Origin: Ponticaulis sp.
GTDB taxonomy: Bacteria > Pseudomonadota > Alphaproteobacteria > Caulobacterales > Hyphomonadaceae
Strand: one strand, 5' to 3'
DNA: 64,000 nucleotides
NCBI RefSeq assembly: GCF_002723155.1
Contig: NZ_PBNO01000006.1
Shown here: piece after piece, positions 28,152 through 38,396 of the stretch
Layout of the letters: the number at the start of each line of letters is the position of its first letter
How positions within the stretch are numbered: position 1 is the stretch's first letter
Notes under the pieces: model-generated
Told to the model about the DNA's origin: nothing
What the model saw: the letters and a program-made list of their open reading frames with translations, nothing else
Database searches by the model: none
Made by a program: the position numbers and the translations under genes

Positions 28152-29372
28152 ATGAAACTTAGCATCGGGCCAGGCGCTCTTGTTGCCGCAGCATTTATCG
28201 GGCCGGGAACCGTTACTGCCTGCACGCTCGCCGGTGCAAATTTCGGATTTGCTCTGCTCTGGGCGCTCGTTTTTGCGACATTCGCGACTATGATTTTGCA
28301 ATCCATGTCGGCGCGGCTCGGCGTGGGCGCGCGGTTGGGGCTTGGCGAAGCTTTAATGGCGGGCGCGGGAAGAACACCAGTTCGGTACGTGATCGCGGGG
28401 CTAGTGCTTGCGGCGCTGGGGCTGGGGAATGCCGCCTATGAGGGCGGTAATTTGTCCGGCGGAGCTCTCGGTGCCGAGGCGCTATTGGGTGATCTGAACG
28501 AGGACGAATTTAAAGCCGTGGTTCTTGCGTTATCGGCGCTCGCCGCTGCGTTACTCATGCTTGGCGGATATAAGCTAATCGAGAAGGCGCTGGTATCCGT
28601 CGTGATCTTGATGGCTTTGGCGTTTTTGATCGCCGCTGTGCTGGTGAAACCTGATGTGGGCGCGATGATAAATGGGTTGCTTCCGGCGATCCCGGAAAAT
28701 GGCCTTTTTACTGCCATCGCGCTCATTGGCACGACGATTGTGCCTTATAACTTGTTTTTGCATGCGGCCTCTGCGCGTAAGCGCTGGACTGAGAGTAATA
28801 ATGTTGCAGTCAGTGAAGCTCAGAGTGACACTATAATTTCGGTTGGGCTTGGTGGATTGATCTCTATTTTTGTCCTGACCACGGCTGCCGCCAGCTTGTT
28901 TGGAACGGGAAGTGAGATTTCGAATGCGCTGGACATGGCAGCAGCCATTGAGCCGACTTATGGCCAGTTTGCACGTTGGCTTGTGGGCGTCGGTTTGCTC
29001 GCAGCCGGTCTTAGTTCAGCGATTACCGCACCTATGGCCACAGCCTTTGCTGTGACCGAGCTTTTCAAAAGTGATGACCCGCGCATTCAGGAAAGCGTGT
29101 TCAAGGGCGTGGCGCTCATCACATTGATGATCGGAACAGGATTAGCTGTTTCGGGTATCCGTCCGACCGATGTGATTTATATCGCGCAGATTGCAAATGG
29201 GCTACTTCTCCCGATTATTGCAGCAAGCCTGCTGTTCGCGATGAACAGAAAGTCTCTGCTCGGAGACCGCGTTAACGGGTTGCTGTCCAATATCCTCGGT
29301 GTGGGTGTTGTTCTGATTACACTCTTAATGGGTATTCGCGGGATTGGGCGCGCCGTCGGGTTCTGGCCATGA
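28152..29372 (+). CDS. Nramp-like (YcsG-type) transporter
   Basis: AAFIGPGT, GTTIVPYNLFLH, about 11 TM segments; lacks the DPGN metal motif; coupled to pxpA. Confidence 0.85.
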   Translation: MKLSIGPGALVAAAFIGPGTVTACTLAGANFGFALLWALVFATFATMILQSMSARLGVGARLGLGEALMAGAGRTPVRYVIAGLVLAALGLGNAAYEGGNLSGGALGAEALLGDLNEDEFKAVVLALSALAAALLMLGGYKLIEKALVSVVILMALAFLIAAVLVKPDVGAMINGLLPAIPENGLFTAIALIGTTIVPYNLFLHAASARKRWTESNNVAVSEAQSDTIISVGLGGLISIFVLTTAAASLFGTGSEISNALDMAAAIEPTYGQFARWLVGVGLLAAGLSSAITAPMATAFAVTELFKSDDPRIQESVFKGVALITLMIGTGLAVSGIRPTDVIYIAQIANGLLLPIIAASLLFAMNRKSLLGDRVNGLLSNILGVGVVLITLLMGIRGIGRAVGFWP

Positions 29373-30121
29373 CGAAAACAATTGATCTCAACGCAGACAT
29401 TGGCGAGCTCGAGGGCGATTCCGGCCGCAGTCTGGATGCCGACATTCTTAGCGTTGTGACCTCATGTAATATCGCGTGTGGCGGTCACGCTGGTGATGAA
29501 GAGAGTATGCGAAAGACGCTGAGGCTGGCTAAGCGGCTTGGCGTAAAAGCCGGAGTGCATCCATCTTATCCTGACCGTGAAAACTTCGGCCGTGTGTCCA
29601 TGGCCATTTCACCTGAAGCGTTGCGAGCTAGCCTGAAGCAGCAGGTCCAGATGTTCATGGAAATAGCGGAAGATGAGGCGGTATCAATTACGCACCTGAA
29701 ACCTCATGGCGCCCTTTATAATGATGCAGCGAAAGACGAGGGCTTTGCTGCCGTGATAGCGGGTGTCGCGGCTGAGCGCGGTATAGCCACGATCGTGGGG
29801 CTACCAGGTAGCAAAGTGCGAGATGCTGCAATCACTCATAATCTGCAGTTCTGTGCTGAAGGCTTTGCCGATAGAGCCTATGAAAACGATGGAAGTCTGA
29901 GAGCGCGCGCCAGAAATGGCGCCGTGCTTCATAATCCGGATGAGCAAGCGAGGCAGGCGTTGGAGCTTGTCAGTGGAAACGTGACGGCGTTTTCAGGCGA
30001 ACATATCCACTTGGAGGTTCAAACGATTTGTTTGCATGGCGACACTCCGGGCGCATTTGAAGCTGCAAAAGCAATTCGTGCAGCGCTTGAGGCGACAGGA
30101 GTTTCGATTGGCTCTGACTGA
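29369..30121 (+). CDS. pxpA: 5-oxoprolinase subunit A (LamB/YcsF)
   Basis: DLNADIGE, ACGGHAGD, HPSYPDRENFGR, KPHGALYN, FADRAY, ICLHGD. Confidence 0.95.
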   Translation: MTKTIDLNADIGELEGDSGRSLDADILSVVTSCNIACGGHAGDEESMRKTLRLAKRLGVKAGVHPSYPDRENFGRVSMAISPEALRASLKQQVQMFMEIAEDEAVSITHLKPHGALYNDAAKDEGFAAVIAGVAAERGIATIVGLPGSKVRDAAITHNLQFCAEGFADRAYENDGSLRARARNGAVLHNPDEQARQALELVSGNVTAFSGEHIHLEVQTICLHGDTPGAFEAAKAIRAALEATGVSIGSD

Positions 30122-30749
30122 AGACAATATCAGTTTGATTGGTGACGATCTTATCCGTGTTGCCGGCCTTCCCGGACCAGAGCTGCGAACACTGGTTCGC
30201 GCGCTCCGCGCGAGTGGAGACTGGCTGGAGGTTGTTGATGGAATTGAAGACAGCGTTGTCCAGTTCGACCCTTTAAGGTTACGACCAGACGAAGCTGTAC
30301 GCCATTTATTGTCTTCTAAGTCGGTCAATGAAATTGGCAGCGACGCCGAACTTCCGGAGGTTTGTCTTGAGGTAGAGTTCGGCGGAGAAAACGGCCCAGA
30401 TTTCAATTCTGTTTGTGACGAATTGAAACTGACGAAGCAGGAATTGATCGCCGCGATTTGTGACGCTGAGCTTCGTGTTGATATCGTTGGGTTCACACCG
30501 GGCTTTGCTTACATATCCGGTCTTCCAGAGGCGCTTACAGTACCGCGCCTGAAGGAGCCTCGAAAACGTGTCCCAGCGGGCTCTTTCGGCATCGCGGCGG
30601 GAAAATGCGGTACTTATGCGCTTGAGGGGCCTGGAGGATGGCCCTTGATCGGTCGTGTCGTGAACCGTTTGTTCAATTCGGAAAGAGAGACCCCGTTTGT
30701 CCTGTCTGCGGGGCAAAAAGTGCGTGTCATGCGCTGGGGCGATGTATGA
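30108..30749 (+). CDS. pxpB: 5-oxoprolinase subunit B
   Basis: EFGGENGPD, GFTPGFAY, RKRVPAGS, GPGGWPLIGR; TTG start 30108 with AGGAG RBS. Confidence 0.88.
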   Translation: MALTEDNISLIGDDLIRVAGLPGPELRTLVRALRASGDWLEVVDGIEDSVVQFDPLRLRPDEAVRHLLSSKSVNEIGSDAELPEVCLEVEFGGENGPDFNSVCDELKLTKQELIAAICDAELRVDIVGFTPGFAYISGLPEALTVPRLKEPRKRVPAGSFGIAAGKCGTYALEGPGGWPLIGRVVNRLFNSERETPFVLSAGQKVRVMRWGDV

Positions 30750-31681
30750 TTGAGGTTTTGAACGCAGGGCTCCAGACAACAATTCAGGCGGGCGTCAGAG
30801 AAGGTCACCGACATTTCGGTGTTCCGGGTTCAGGTCCGGCTGATCTGTTATCGATGTCGCTGGCGAACCGGTTGGTGGGCGCGGACGCTACACAGCCTGT
30901 ATTTGAGATGACTTTGACGGGAGCAAGCTTTCGCTTCCATTCCGCGATGATTGTCTCTGTGACCGGCGCTGAGGCGGGTGTGTCACTGAATGGTGTCGAA
31001 GCGCCCATGCATGCCTCCATTCTGGTATCAGCGGGAGATGAGCTGGAGGTTGCTCCGGCCCGACATGGCTGCAGGTCCTATCTTGCGATATCGGGGCGGT
31101 TAAACGTCTCGGAATTTTTGGGCTCAAGGTCCACGTACCTTCCGGGAGGATTTGGGGGACATGAAGGTCGAGCTCTAAAAGCCGGAGACCGTATTGAGGT
31201 ATCAGATGTACGGTCGGTTGATGAGGTCGAAACGCCGCGCGAACTTCGTCCTCTGTTCAATGACAATGTTCTTTTGCAATCGTGCCCGTCGTCGGAGTTC
31301 GAGTTTCTGAATGAGGATGGGCAAACAATACTTTTCGAAGAAGGTTTGAAGGCGACCACGCGCTCCAGCCGGATGGGTGTGGAGCTTTCCGGAGACCGTG
31401 CGGTTAGCTGCAATGCTCCAGAGAAGCAAAGTTCACCGGTCTTTCCCGGTAGTGTTCAATGTCCGCCGGAAGGCAAGCCGTTCATTTTGCTTGCGGATGC
31501 GCAAACGACGGGAGGCTATCCGCATATTCTTCAGGTGATCAGAAGCGACCGGTTCCAATTGGGCCAGATTAAACCCGGTGCGAGGGTTCGTTTTGTCCTA
31601 AGAACTCCGGACGAAGCGGCGGATCGGCTCAGGGCTCGTTGGGAGGCTTATTCTGACTGGTTGTCGTCACCGGTCATTTGA
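30746..31681 (+). CDS. pxpC: 5-oxoprolinase subunit C
   Basis: GLQTTIQ, GVPGSG, GCRSYLA, SRMGV, PGSVQCP, DAQTTGGYP; ATGA overlap. Confidence 0.92.
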   Translation: MIEVLNAGLQTTIQAGVREGHRHFGVPGSGPADLLSMSLANRLVGADATQPVFEMTLTGASFRFHSAMIVSVTGAEAGVSLNGVEAPMHASILVSAGDELEVAPARHGCRSYLAISGRLNVSEFLGSRSTYLPGGFGGHEGRALKAGDRIEVSDVRSVDEVETPRELRPLFNDNVLLQSCPSSEFEFLNEDGQTILFEEGLKATTRSSRMGVELSGDRAVSCNAPEKQSSPVFPGSVQCPPEGKPFILLADAQTTGGYPHILQVIRSDRFQLGQIKPGARVRFVLRTPDEAADRLRARWEAYSDWLSSPVI

Positions 31682-32148
31682 GCTTTGCCTGATTTCCTGC
31701 GCGCGCGAAAAAACGACTGCAGAAGCGCAGAAGATTCCTCTGCGAACGGGCCTTGTTCGACTTCCGGATGCCAATGGCAAGTAGGTTGCTCAAAGAACTT
31801 TACACCATTCGTCACCGCGCCGCCTTTGACGTCTTCGGCCGCGTAGATGATCCGTTCAATCCGTGCATTCGCAATAGCACCAGCACACATCGTACAAGGT
31901 TCCAGCGTAGTGTAGAGGTGTAGCCCCATGAGGCGATAATTTTCGCGAATGATTGAAGCCGCCCGCATGGCGACGATTTCTGCATGCGCTGTCGCGTCAT
32001 GACGCTCGATTGGACCATTTCGGCCTTCGGCAACAATGTTCCCGGTTTCCGGATCGACCAGCACGGCACCCACAGGCACTTCACCTACAGCCGCCGCTTC
32101 TTCGGCAAGTTCCAGAGCCCTGCGCATATAGGTCGATTTATCCGACAT
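31648..32148 (-). CDS. tadA: tRNA adenosine deaminase-like nucleoside deaminase
   Basis: GEVPVGA, HAE, TLEPCTMC, FFRARR. Confidence 0.88.
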   Translation of the reverse strand: MSDKSTYMRRALELAEEAAAVGEVPVGAVLVDPETGNIVAEGRNGPIERHDATAHAEIVAMRAASIIRENYRLMGLHLYTTLEPCTMCAGAIANARIERIIYAAEDVKGGAVTNGVKFFEQPTCHWHPEVEQGPFAEESSALLQSFFRARRKSGKAQMTGDDNQSE

Positions 32149-32239
32149 TCTGACTGTGCTCCTGATCGCGGCTATGGACTTTATCGAATGTGTGTTTAAG
32201 CGGTACAGCTTCGTTTCGTACTACAGAGATTTGAGTTCA

Positions 32240-32809
32240 ATGAGAATTGTTGCTGGTAAACTTAAAGGTCGCTCGATCAGAACAGCTGACGGAAAGTCCA
32301 CCCGGCCTACGACAGACCGCGTTCGTGAGTCTGTTTTCAATTTACTTGAACACAATGACGACATGCCGTCCCTCGATGGGGCTCGTGTCATCGATTTGTT
32401 TGCGGGTTCTGGCGCGCTTGGCTTTGAAGCGATTTCGCGCGGCGCATCCTTCTGTCTTTTTGTTGAGATCGCGGCTGGTGCGCGCGGGATCATTCGTGAG
32501 AATATTGAGGAGTTTCAGCTCTTCGGTATCACTCGTATCCACAGGCGATCAGCAACGGATCTCGGTAAAAAACCTGCCGGTCTCAGCGACCCGTTCGATC
32601 TGGTTTTTCTGGATCCACCTTACAATCAGGGTCTGGTCGCGCCTGCGCTTAGACAGCTTGAGTATGGTGAGTGGATCACGCCCGACGCGGTAGCCATCGT
32701 TGAAACCCACGCGGAAGAAGAGCTGGAAATCACCAACTGGGAACAGCTGGATGAGCGACCCTACGGAGATACGAAAGTCCGTATCTATCGTTATTCGCCG
32801 CAAGCTTAG
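32240..32809 (+). CDS. rsmD: 16S rRNA m2G966 methyltransferase
   Basis: MRIVAG, RPTTDRVRES, DLFAGSGALG, FLDPPY, YGDT; start 32240 inferred. Confidence 0.93.
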   Translation: MRIVAGKLKGRSIRTADGKSTRPTTDRVRESVFNLLEHNDDMPSLDGARVIDLFAGSGALGFEAISRGASFCLFVEIAAGARGIIRENIEEFQLFGITRIHRRSATDLGKKPAGLSDPFDLVFLDPPYNQGLVAPALRQLEYGEWITPDAVAIVETHAEEELEITNWEQLDERPYGDTKVRIYRYSPQA

Positions 32810-33822
32810 CTGAGATTATCCAGAAATTCGTCTTTAATATCAACAGACGACTTCGTACCAACAACGCCTCTATGGTCTGCAATCCAGGTCTGAGCTGCGT
32901 CGCGTCCGCGGTTCTTAAGTTCGGTCAGAAACCGCCAGCTTGTTTCGTACTTGGTTTCGATCGATAGCTTGCAAAGCTGTTGGTCCGCGCGGATCGCATG
33001 AATAAACAGGCGGCGATACCGCGACTGCATCCGATCAGCGAGCCAGTTTTCATCCAGAAGCTTTTGAACGAATGCGATTGAACGTAGCTCAGATACCAGA
33101 GACGCGTTGAAAGTGATCTCGTTCAGGCGGTCCAGAATGGCAGATGCCGTTTTTGGCGTTCCTTTCCGTATCAACGGATTGATGTGGACGATGAGAATGT
33201 CTTTAGGCACGTCAGCATAGAACAGCGGATAAAGGGCAGGATTGCCGACATACCCTCCATCCCAAAGCGGTGTGCCTTCGATCTCGACGGCTTTGAACAC
33301 CTGAGGCAGACACGCCGATGCAAGAACAGCATCTTCCGTAATCTCATTGGTTTTAAAAATGCGGGCTTTTCCGGTTTCAACGTTGGTTGCAGCGATGAAG
33401 AGATCAATCTCGGTTTCGGCACGAAGAACGTCAAAGTCGATGATTTTCCGCAGCGTTTGCTTTAGCGGATTGTAGTCGAACGGGTTCAGGTCATATGGGC
33501 TGGCAACATTTGTCAGCGCCTGAAACATAGCAAATGGCGTAAATGGGCCGAACGCGGGAGACATGCTGCTCGCTGCGGCTAACGGTGCACCGCGTTGGGA
33601 GACGTCGCGCCAGTAGGCTTCCAGCACTTCGCGTGCGCCACCGCGTCCGTTTACTGCGTATCCATAGGCGAGCGCGACAGCATTCATGGCACCCGCAGAC
33701 GTCGCGGTGATGGCTTTGATATCGAGTGAGCCTTCCTCGAGCAGATAGTCGAGCACCCCCCAGGTGAAAGCGCCATGAGCGCCGCCCCCCTGAAGGGCAA
33801 GGCTGATCGGTTGTGCTGCCAT
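32806..33822 (-). CDS. Patatin-like phospholipase / esterase
   Basis: GGGAHG, ATSAG nucleophile elbow, SACLP, WDGG. Confidence 0.9.
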   Translation of the reverse strand: MAAQPISLALQGGGAHGAFTWGVLDYLLEEGSLDIKAITATSAGAMNAVALAYGYAVNGRGGAREVLEAYWRDVSQRGAPLAAASSMSPAFGPFTPFAMFQALTNVASPYDLNPFDYNPLKQTLRKIIDFDVLRAETEIDLFIAATNVETGKARIFKTNEITEDAVLASACLPQVFKAVEIEGTPLWDGGYVGNPALYPLFYADVPKDILIVHINPLIRKGTPKTASAILDRLNEITFNASLVSELRSIAFVQKLLDENWLADRMQSRYRRLFIHAIRADQQLCKLSIETKYETSWRFLTELKNRGRDAAQTWIADHRGVVGTKSSVDIKDEFLDNLS

Positions 33823-33885
33823 ATTAGATATCTGTCCCCGTGCCGGGCGTTACAACACAACGAGTAACCGTGCGATACGGCTTAC

Positions 33886-34668
33886 CTAGGATTTAGGGTC
33901 GGGTTGCGGTCGGCTGAATACATACTTTGTGTTGGTGCTTAGCGCTTCATTATAAGAATAACCTTCCAGCGCGAAAGTTTTTAACGAGTCTTCGGAAGTA
34001 ATCTTATTGTCGCATATCCATCGAGCCATCAGGCCGCGAGCATATTTTGCATAAAAACTTATCACGCGCGACTTACCATCTTTCTCTTCGCGGAAAACCA
34101 TTTCTAGAACGGGGGCGTCGAGATGCTTCTTTTTAACGGACGAAAAATACTCGTTTGAAGCGAGATTGATTACCGGACCGCCGGCGGATTTCAGGTCGCT
34201 ATTGATAAGATCAGTGATTTTCTCGCCCCAAAAGTCATACAGGTTCTGGCCACGCTTTGTATTCAACCGAGTGCCCATCTCGAGGCGATACGGGTGGATC
34301 AAATCCATGGGACGGAGCAGACCATAAAGCCCGGACAGGATGCGCAGATTGCTTTGGGCATAATGGAGCGTTTCAGTCGAAGCGTTGCGCGCGTCGAACC
34401 CGCGGTAAACGTCGCCGTTAAATGCCAGGAGGGCAGGTTGCGCCTCTTCTTCAGACATACCTTTTGCGAGCGCCTGATATCGTTCAAAATTGAGATTTGA
34501 GAGATCGTCCGACAGTTTCATGAGCGAGCCGATCTCTGAACGGCTCAGCTTTTTGGTACGCTGAATGAGCTCTGCTGTATCCGTTTCCAGCCGTGGAGCT
34601 GTCTTGTCGAGCGCTACAGGCATCTCTTCAAAGTTCAGGTTTTTGGCTGGTGATAGAAGTACGAGCAT
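33886..34668 (-). CDS. yaaA: Peroxide stress protein YaaA (UPF0246)
   Basis: LLSPAK, FNGDVY, ILSGLYGLLRP, YRLEMG, NLASNEY, AKYARG. Confidence 0.93.
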   Translation of the reverse strand: MLVLLSPAKNLNFEEMPVALDKTAPRLETDTAELIQRTKKLSRSEIGSLMKLSDDLSNLNFERYQALAKGMSEEEAQPALLAFNGDVYRGFDARNASTETLHYAQSNLRILSGLYGLLRPMDLIHPYRLEMGTRLNTKRGQNLYDFWGEKITDLINSDLKSAGGPVINLASNEYFSSVKKKHLDAPVLEMVFREEKDGKSRVISFYAKYARGLMARWICDNKITSEDSLKTFALEGYSYNEALSTNTKYVFSRPQPDPKS

Positions 34669-34826
34669 TGTTGTATCTTTACCCTGATATAACGCGCTCT
34701 TCTGGCGCTTTCGATATTTGGTGACGTCATCCTTATGAGGTTTGGATGTAGCGCTTGATTGGCGCGAGCAAACCCAAGCGTTGGTTTTATCTGCCCCGAT
34801 TCGAACACAACCAGGCTGATCACCGC

Positions 34827-36248
34827 CTAAACTGTGAAAATTCGTCCTGGATTCATAATGTTTTGGGGGTCCAGTGCGCGCTTGATCCGCCGCATGGTCT
34901 CAAGCTCTGCAGGATTTTTATGATCTGGCAGTTCGTGGCGTTTCAATAGGCCGATCCCGTGCTCTGCGGAAATCGAACCGCCCATTGAGGTCACCAGCGT
35001 GTGGACCAGATCCGTAATGTGGTCGGCTTGCGCTTTGACGATAGGGTGCTCTGCAGAGGCAGGCTCTGCCACGGCATAGTGAAGATTGCCGTCGCCGAGG
35101 TGGCCGAACGCAAAGATGTCGATATTCCCTACGTCAGACTTCAGCTTGGTTTCGCACTCCTTCAGGAATTCAGGGATGCGGGATACGGGGATTGAAATGT
35201 CGTGGTTCACCGATGTCAGGAAGCCACGCTTCACGAGAGGAAGGCTTTCCCGAACCTTCCAGAATTCCTCGGCATGAGTGAGAGACGCTGCGATAGTGCC
35301 ATCGGCGATAAGGCCGCTCTCGAATGCTTTTTCGAGGACTCTTTCCATAGTGCTCTGTGCGAGCTTTTCGTCTGCAAAGGAAAGCTCAACGAGAACGCGC
35401 CAGGGAAGCTCATTTGGCAGAGGGTCTCTGCAGCCCGTGATCTCGGCAGCAGCGAGTTCAACACCGCTTTTGTGCATCAGTTCGAAACTGGTGACCGTGT
35501 CGCCTGCTTCATTACGAAATAGCGATAAGAGGTCTACTGCGTGTTCAGGCGATTCCAGCGCCAGCCAAGCTGTAGCGGTTCGCGGTGTGGGGAGCAGTTT
35601 GAGGCAAGCACCGGTAACAATTCCCAGTGTGCCTTCAGCACCGGCAAAAAGATGTTTCAGATCATAGCCGGTATTGTCTTTTCGAAGCCCACGAAGGCCG
35701 CCCCAAATTTCGCCATCTGCGGTGACGACTTCGATACCGAGCAACAGATCCCTCATCATGCCGTACCGGAGTACGGCAACGCCGCCTGCATTGGTCGAGA
35801 TCAATCCGCCTATTGTTGCAGTCCCCTGGCTTCCCAGTGAGAGCGGAAAGAAGCGGTCATTATCGTCGGCGGCACTGTGCACTGATTTGAGAATGCATCC
35901 GGCATCAACAGTGATGGAATTGTTCAGCGGATCAACGTCACGAATTGTATTCATGCGCTTAAGCGAAAGAACGACTTCGCCATGTGCGAGGCCAGCGTTA
36001 ACAAGACCTGTATTGCCGCCTTGAGGCGTAATCGGGATGTTATGCTTGGCGCATAGTTTGACCGCGATTGCCACTTCCTTAGTCGATGCCGGCTTTATAA
36101 GAAGTTGAGAATGCCCCCGATAATTTCCGCGCCAGTCTTCGAGGTGCGGATTGATTTCCTCAGGATCGAGACTCCAGCTCTTTTCGCTTAGAGCCGATTT
36201 GATTTCGTCGAGAAAGGCTTGCGGGAGGCTTGGGGCGTCGTGGGTCAT
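34827..36248 (-). CDS. FAD-binding oxidoreductase (D-2-hydroxyacid dehydrogenase-like)
   Basis: PQGGNTGL, TIGGLISTNAGG, RKDNTGYDLK, GAEGTLG, GHLGDGNLH, SAEHGIG, NPG. Confidence 0.9.
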   Translation of the reverse strand: MTHDAPSLPQAFLDEIKSALSEKSWSLDPEEINPHLEDWRGNYRGHSQLLIKPASTKEVAIAVKLCAKHNIPITPQGGNTGLVNAGLAHGEVVLSLKRMNTIRDVDPLNNSITVDAGCILKSVHSAADDNDRFFPLSLGSQGTATIGGLISTNAGGVAVLRYGMMRDLLLGIEVVTADGEIWGGLRGLRKDNTGYDLKHLFAGAEGTLGIVTGACLKLLPTPRTATAWLALESPEHAVDLLSLFRNEAGDTVTSFELMHKSGVELAAAEITGCRDPLPNELPWRVLVELSFADEKLAQSTMERVLEKAFESGLIADGTIAASLTHAEEFWKVRESLPLVKRGFLTSVNHDISIPVSRIPEFLKECETKLKSDVGNIDIFAFGHLGDGNLHYAVAEPASAEHPIVKAQADHITDLVHTLVTSMGGSISAEHGIGLLKRHELPDHKNPAELETMRRIKRALDPQNIMNPGRIFTV

Positions 36249-36278
36249 GTGGAGTAGATAATAACTGAGCTTAGTGAA

Positions 36279-37190
36279 TCACAGGGCGGCCCGACGAAGA
36301 CGGTCGTTAATGGCGGCGCCAATTCCGTCTTCGGGGATGGGAGCAATAGCGATGGAATCATAGGAGTGATCGAGTTCGCGTATCATTGCATACAGGTTGG
36401 AAGCTGCCTCGGTGAGATTACCCGCCTCTGAGAGCGAAAGCGTCGTCTTCACGGAGGCGGGTCCAAAGCCGAGATAGGCTTCGTCAGTTTCCGGAGACGT
36501 GACGTTGAGGCGAAGTCTGGCCTCCGGAGAATAGTGTCGAGACAGCATGCCAGGTGATTGTGGCGCGTTATCGTCGTGTAAAGACGACCCGATTTTGCCG
36601 ACTACGGCCTCGACATCGTCTTTTGAGATGCTGCCAGGTCTCAAGAGTGTCACTTCGTCGTTCAGTACAGCGACGACGGTCGACTCCAGGCCGATCCGAG
36701 CACTGCCTCCGTCAAGAACGAGTGAGAGATTGGCACCAAACTCATCTCTCACATGCTGCGCGGAAGTCGGGCTGACATGGCCCGAAATGTTGGCGGAAGG
36801 GGCGGCGACCGGCTTTCCGAACGCGGCGATTACTTCTTGCGCAACGGGATGGGCTGGAAAGCGCAGTGCTTGCGTATCAAGACCGGCCCTCGCCAGATCG
36901 CATATTGTATTGGAAGTGGATTTCGGAAGAACCATAGTGAAGGGGCCGGGCCAGAAGGCTTCTGCGAGTTGTTGCGCCTTTCCGCTGAACTCTGCTTGCG
37001 CTGCCGCCATATCCATTGAGCTGACGTGCGCAATTAACGGATTGAACTGCGGGCGATTTTTAAGCGCGAAAATCTTTGCCACAGCGTCCGCTTTGGTCGC
37101 GTCCGCGGCAAGCCCGTAAACGGTCTCGGTAGGGAGGCCGATCAACTCGCCTGCGGAGAGCAATTCTATTGCAGCGGTGTAGTTCGTCAT
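36279..37190 (-). CDS. tsaC: Threonylcarbamoyl-AMP synthase with SUA5 domain
   Basis: PTETVYGL, KNRPQFNPLI, FWPGP, APSAN, ESTV, RPG, SPGMLSRHYSP, AINDRLRRAA. Confidence 0.95.
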   Translation of the reverse strand: MTNYTAAIELLSAGELIGLPTETVYGLAADATKADAVAKIFALKNRPQFNPLIAHVSSMDMAAAQAEFSGKAQQLAEAFWPGPFTMVLPKSTSNTICDLARAGLDTQALRFPAHPVAQEVIAAFGKPVAAPSANISGHVSPTSAQHVRDEFGANLSLVLDGGSARIGLESTVVAVLNDEVTLLRPGSISKDDVEAVVGKIGSSLHDDNAPQSPGMLSRHYSPEARLRLNVTSPETDEAYLGFGPASVKTTLSLSEAGNLTEAASNLYAMIRELDHSYDSIAIAPIPEDGIGAAINDRLRRAAL

Positions 37191-37316
37191 TTGGCGCTGA
37201 TACCGGATAAAGAAGCCGACATAAACTCTTATTGTTGGATGCTGCCTTTGACGTTAGCGGACGGCTCGTTGTACCAGCGTTATACGGCATATAAAAAAAT
37301 ATCGGGGAATAGAGAT

Positions 37317-38396
37317 ATGGATGCAAAAACATCACCTGACGAGCAGATCGGAAAATCGCCCAAGGTGAAGTTGGACTATCCATACGAAGAGAGCGAAGCA
37401 CCGGAGCAGGGGACGGTAAAACAAGTCTCTGACGGCGTTTTCTGGGTACGTATGTCGCTGCCATTCTCTCTACAATGGATCAACCTCTGGCTCCTGCGCG
37501 ATCATGACGGTTGGGTGGTTGTAGATACCGGCATGGGAATGGAAGAGACCCGTGAACACTGGCGGACAATATTTGACACCGTTCTGGAAGGTCAGCCGGT
37601 CACTCGTGTGATTGTCACACACATGCACCCGGATCATGTTGGTCTTGCGGGGTGGATATCGAGAAAGTTCGATGCGCCACTTCACATGTCTCAGCTTGAG
37701 TACCTTATGTGCCGGACGCTAGTCGGTGATACGGGGCGTAAGGCACCCGAAGCAGGTATACGCTTCTTCAAGGCTTCAGGCTGGGATGATGACGCCATTC
37801 AATCCTACAAGGACCGTTTCGGACGGTTTGGGCTCGCCGTTTCACGACTACCTGATTCCTACGAGCGCCTATCTGATGGAGACGTGCTTTCCATCGATGG
37901 AAGCGACTGGCAGGTTTTAGTCGGCTCCGGACACTCGCCGGAGCATGCGTGTCTATTCAATGCTGAAAAGAATTTGTTCATTTCGGGCGATCAATTGCTG
38001 CCGCGGATCTCGTCCAATGTTTCAGTGCATCCTACCGAGCCAAACGCTGATCCCCTGACTGACTGGATCGAGAGTTGCGCTCGATTGCGTGATGCATTGC
38101 CGGAAGATGTTCTGGTTCTGCCAGCGCACAATCTCCCATTCCGTGGAGCACAGGCGCGGCTTCAGGCTTTGATTGACGGACATGAGAAGTCGTTGCGTAG
38201 GCTGTTGCGTAGGCTGGATGAACCAAAGACGGTACCGGAATGTTTCGGCGCAATTTTTGTTCGTGAAATCAGTCCGGATATACTTTCGCTTGCGACAGGC
38301 GAAACTCTGGCCCATCTCAATTGTCTGATTGGGCGTGGCCAGGTTGATCGTACGCTCGGGGACGATGGCGTATGGCGGTACGAAAGGGTGAACTGA
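37317..38396 (+). CDS. MBL-fold metallo-hydrolase
   Basis: VDTG, THMHPDHVG, GHSPEH, GDQLL, PAH; start 37317 inferred. Confidence 0.9.
   Translation: MDAKTSPDEQIGKSPKVKLDYPYEESEAPEQGTVKQVSDGVFWVRMSLPFSLQWINLWLLRDHDGWVVVDTGMGMEETREHWRTIFDTVLEGQPVTRVIVTHMHPDHVGLAGWISRKFDAPLHMSQLEYLMCRTLVGDTGRKAPEAGIRFFKASGWDDDAIQSYKDRFGRFGLAVSRLPDSYERLSDGDVLSIDGSDWQVLVGSGHSPEHACLFNAEKNLFISGDQLLPRISSNVSVHPTEPNADPLTDWIESCARLRDALPEDVLVLPAHNLPFRGAQARLQALIDGHEKSLRRLLRRLDEPKTVPECFGAIFVREISPDILSLATGETLAHLNCLIGRGQVDRTLGDDGVWRYERVN

Noticed and set aside
33660-33720. Patatin nucleophile motif ATSAG instead of GxSxG
   Set aside because: The Ser, the Gly-rich loop and DGG are intact, so this is a minor variant and not evidence of inactivation.
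38192-38216. Perfect 12-bp tandem duplication GTTGCGTAGGCT in the MBL gene
   Set aside because: It is in frame, has only two copies and encodes an ordinary amphipathic helix (LRRLLRRL); there is no evidence of phase variation.
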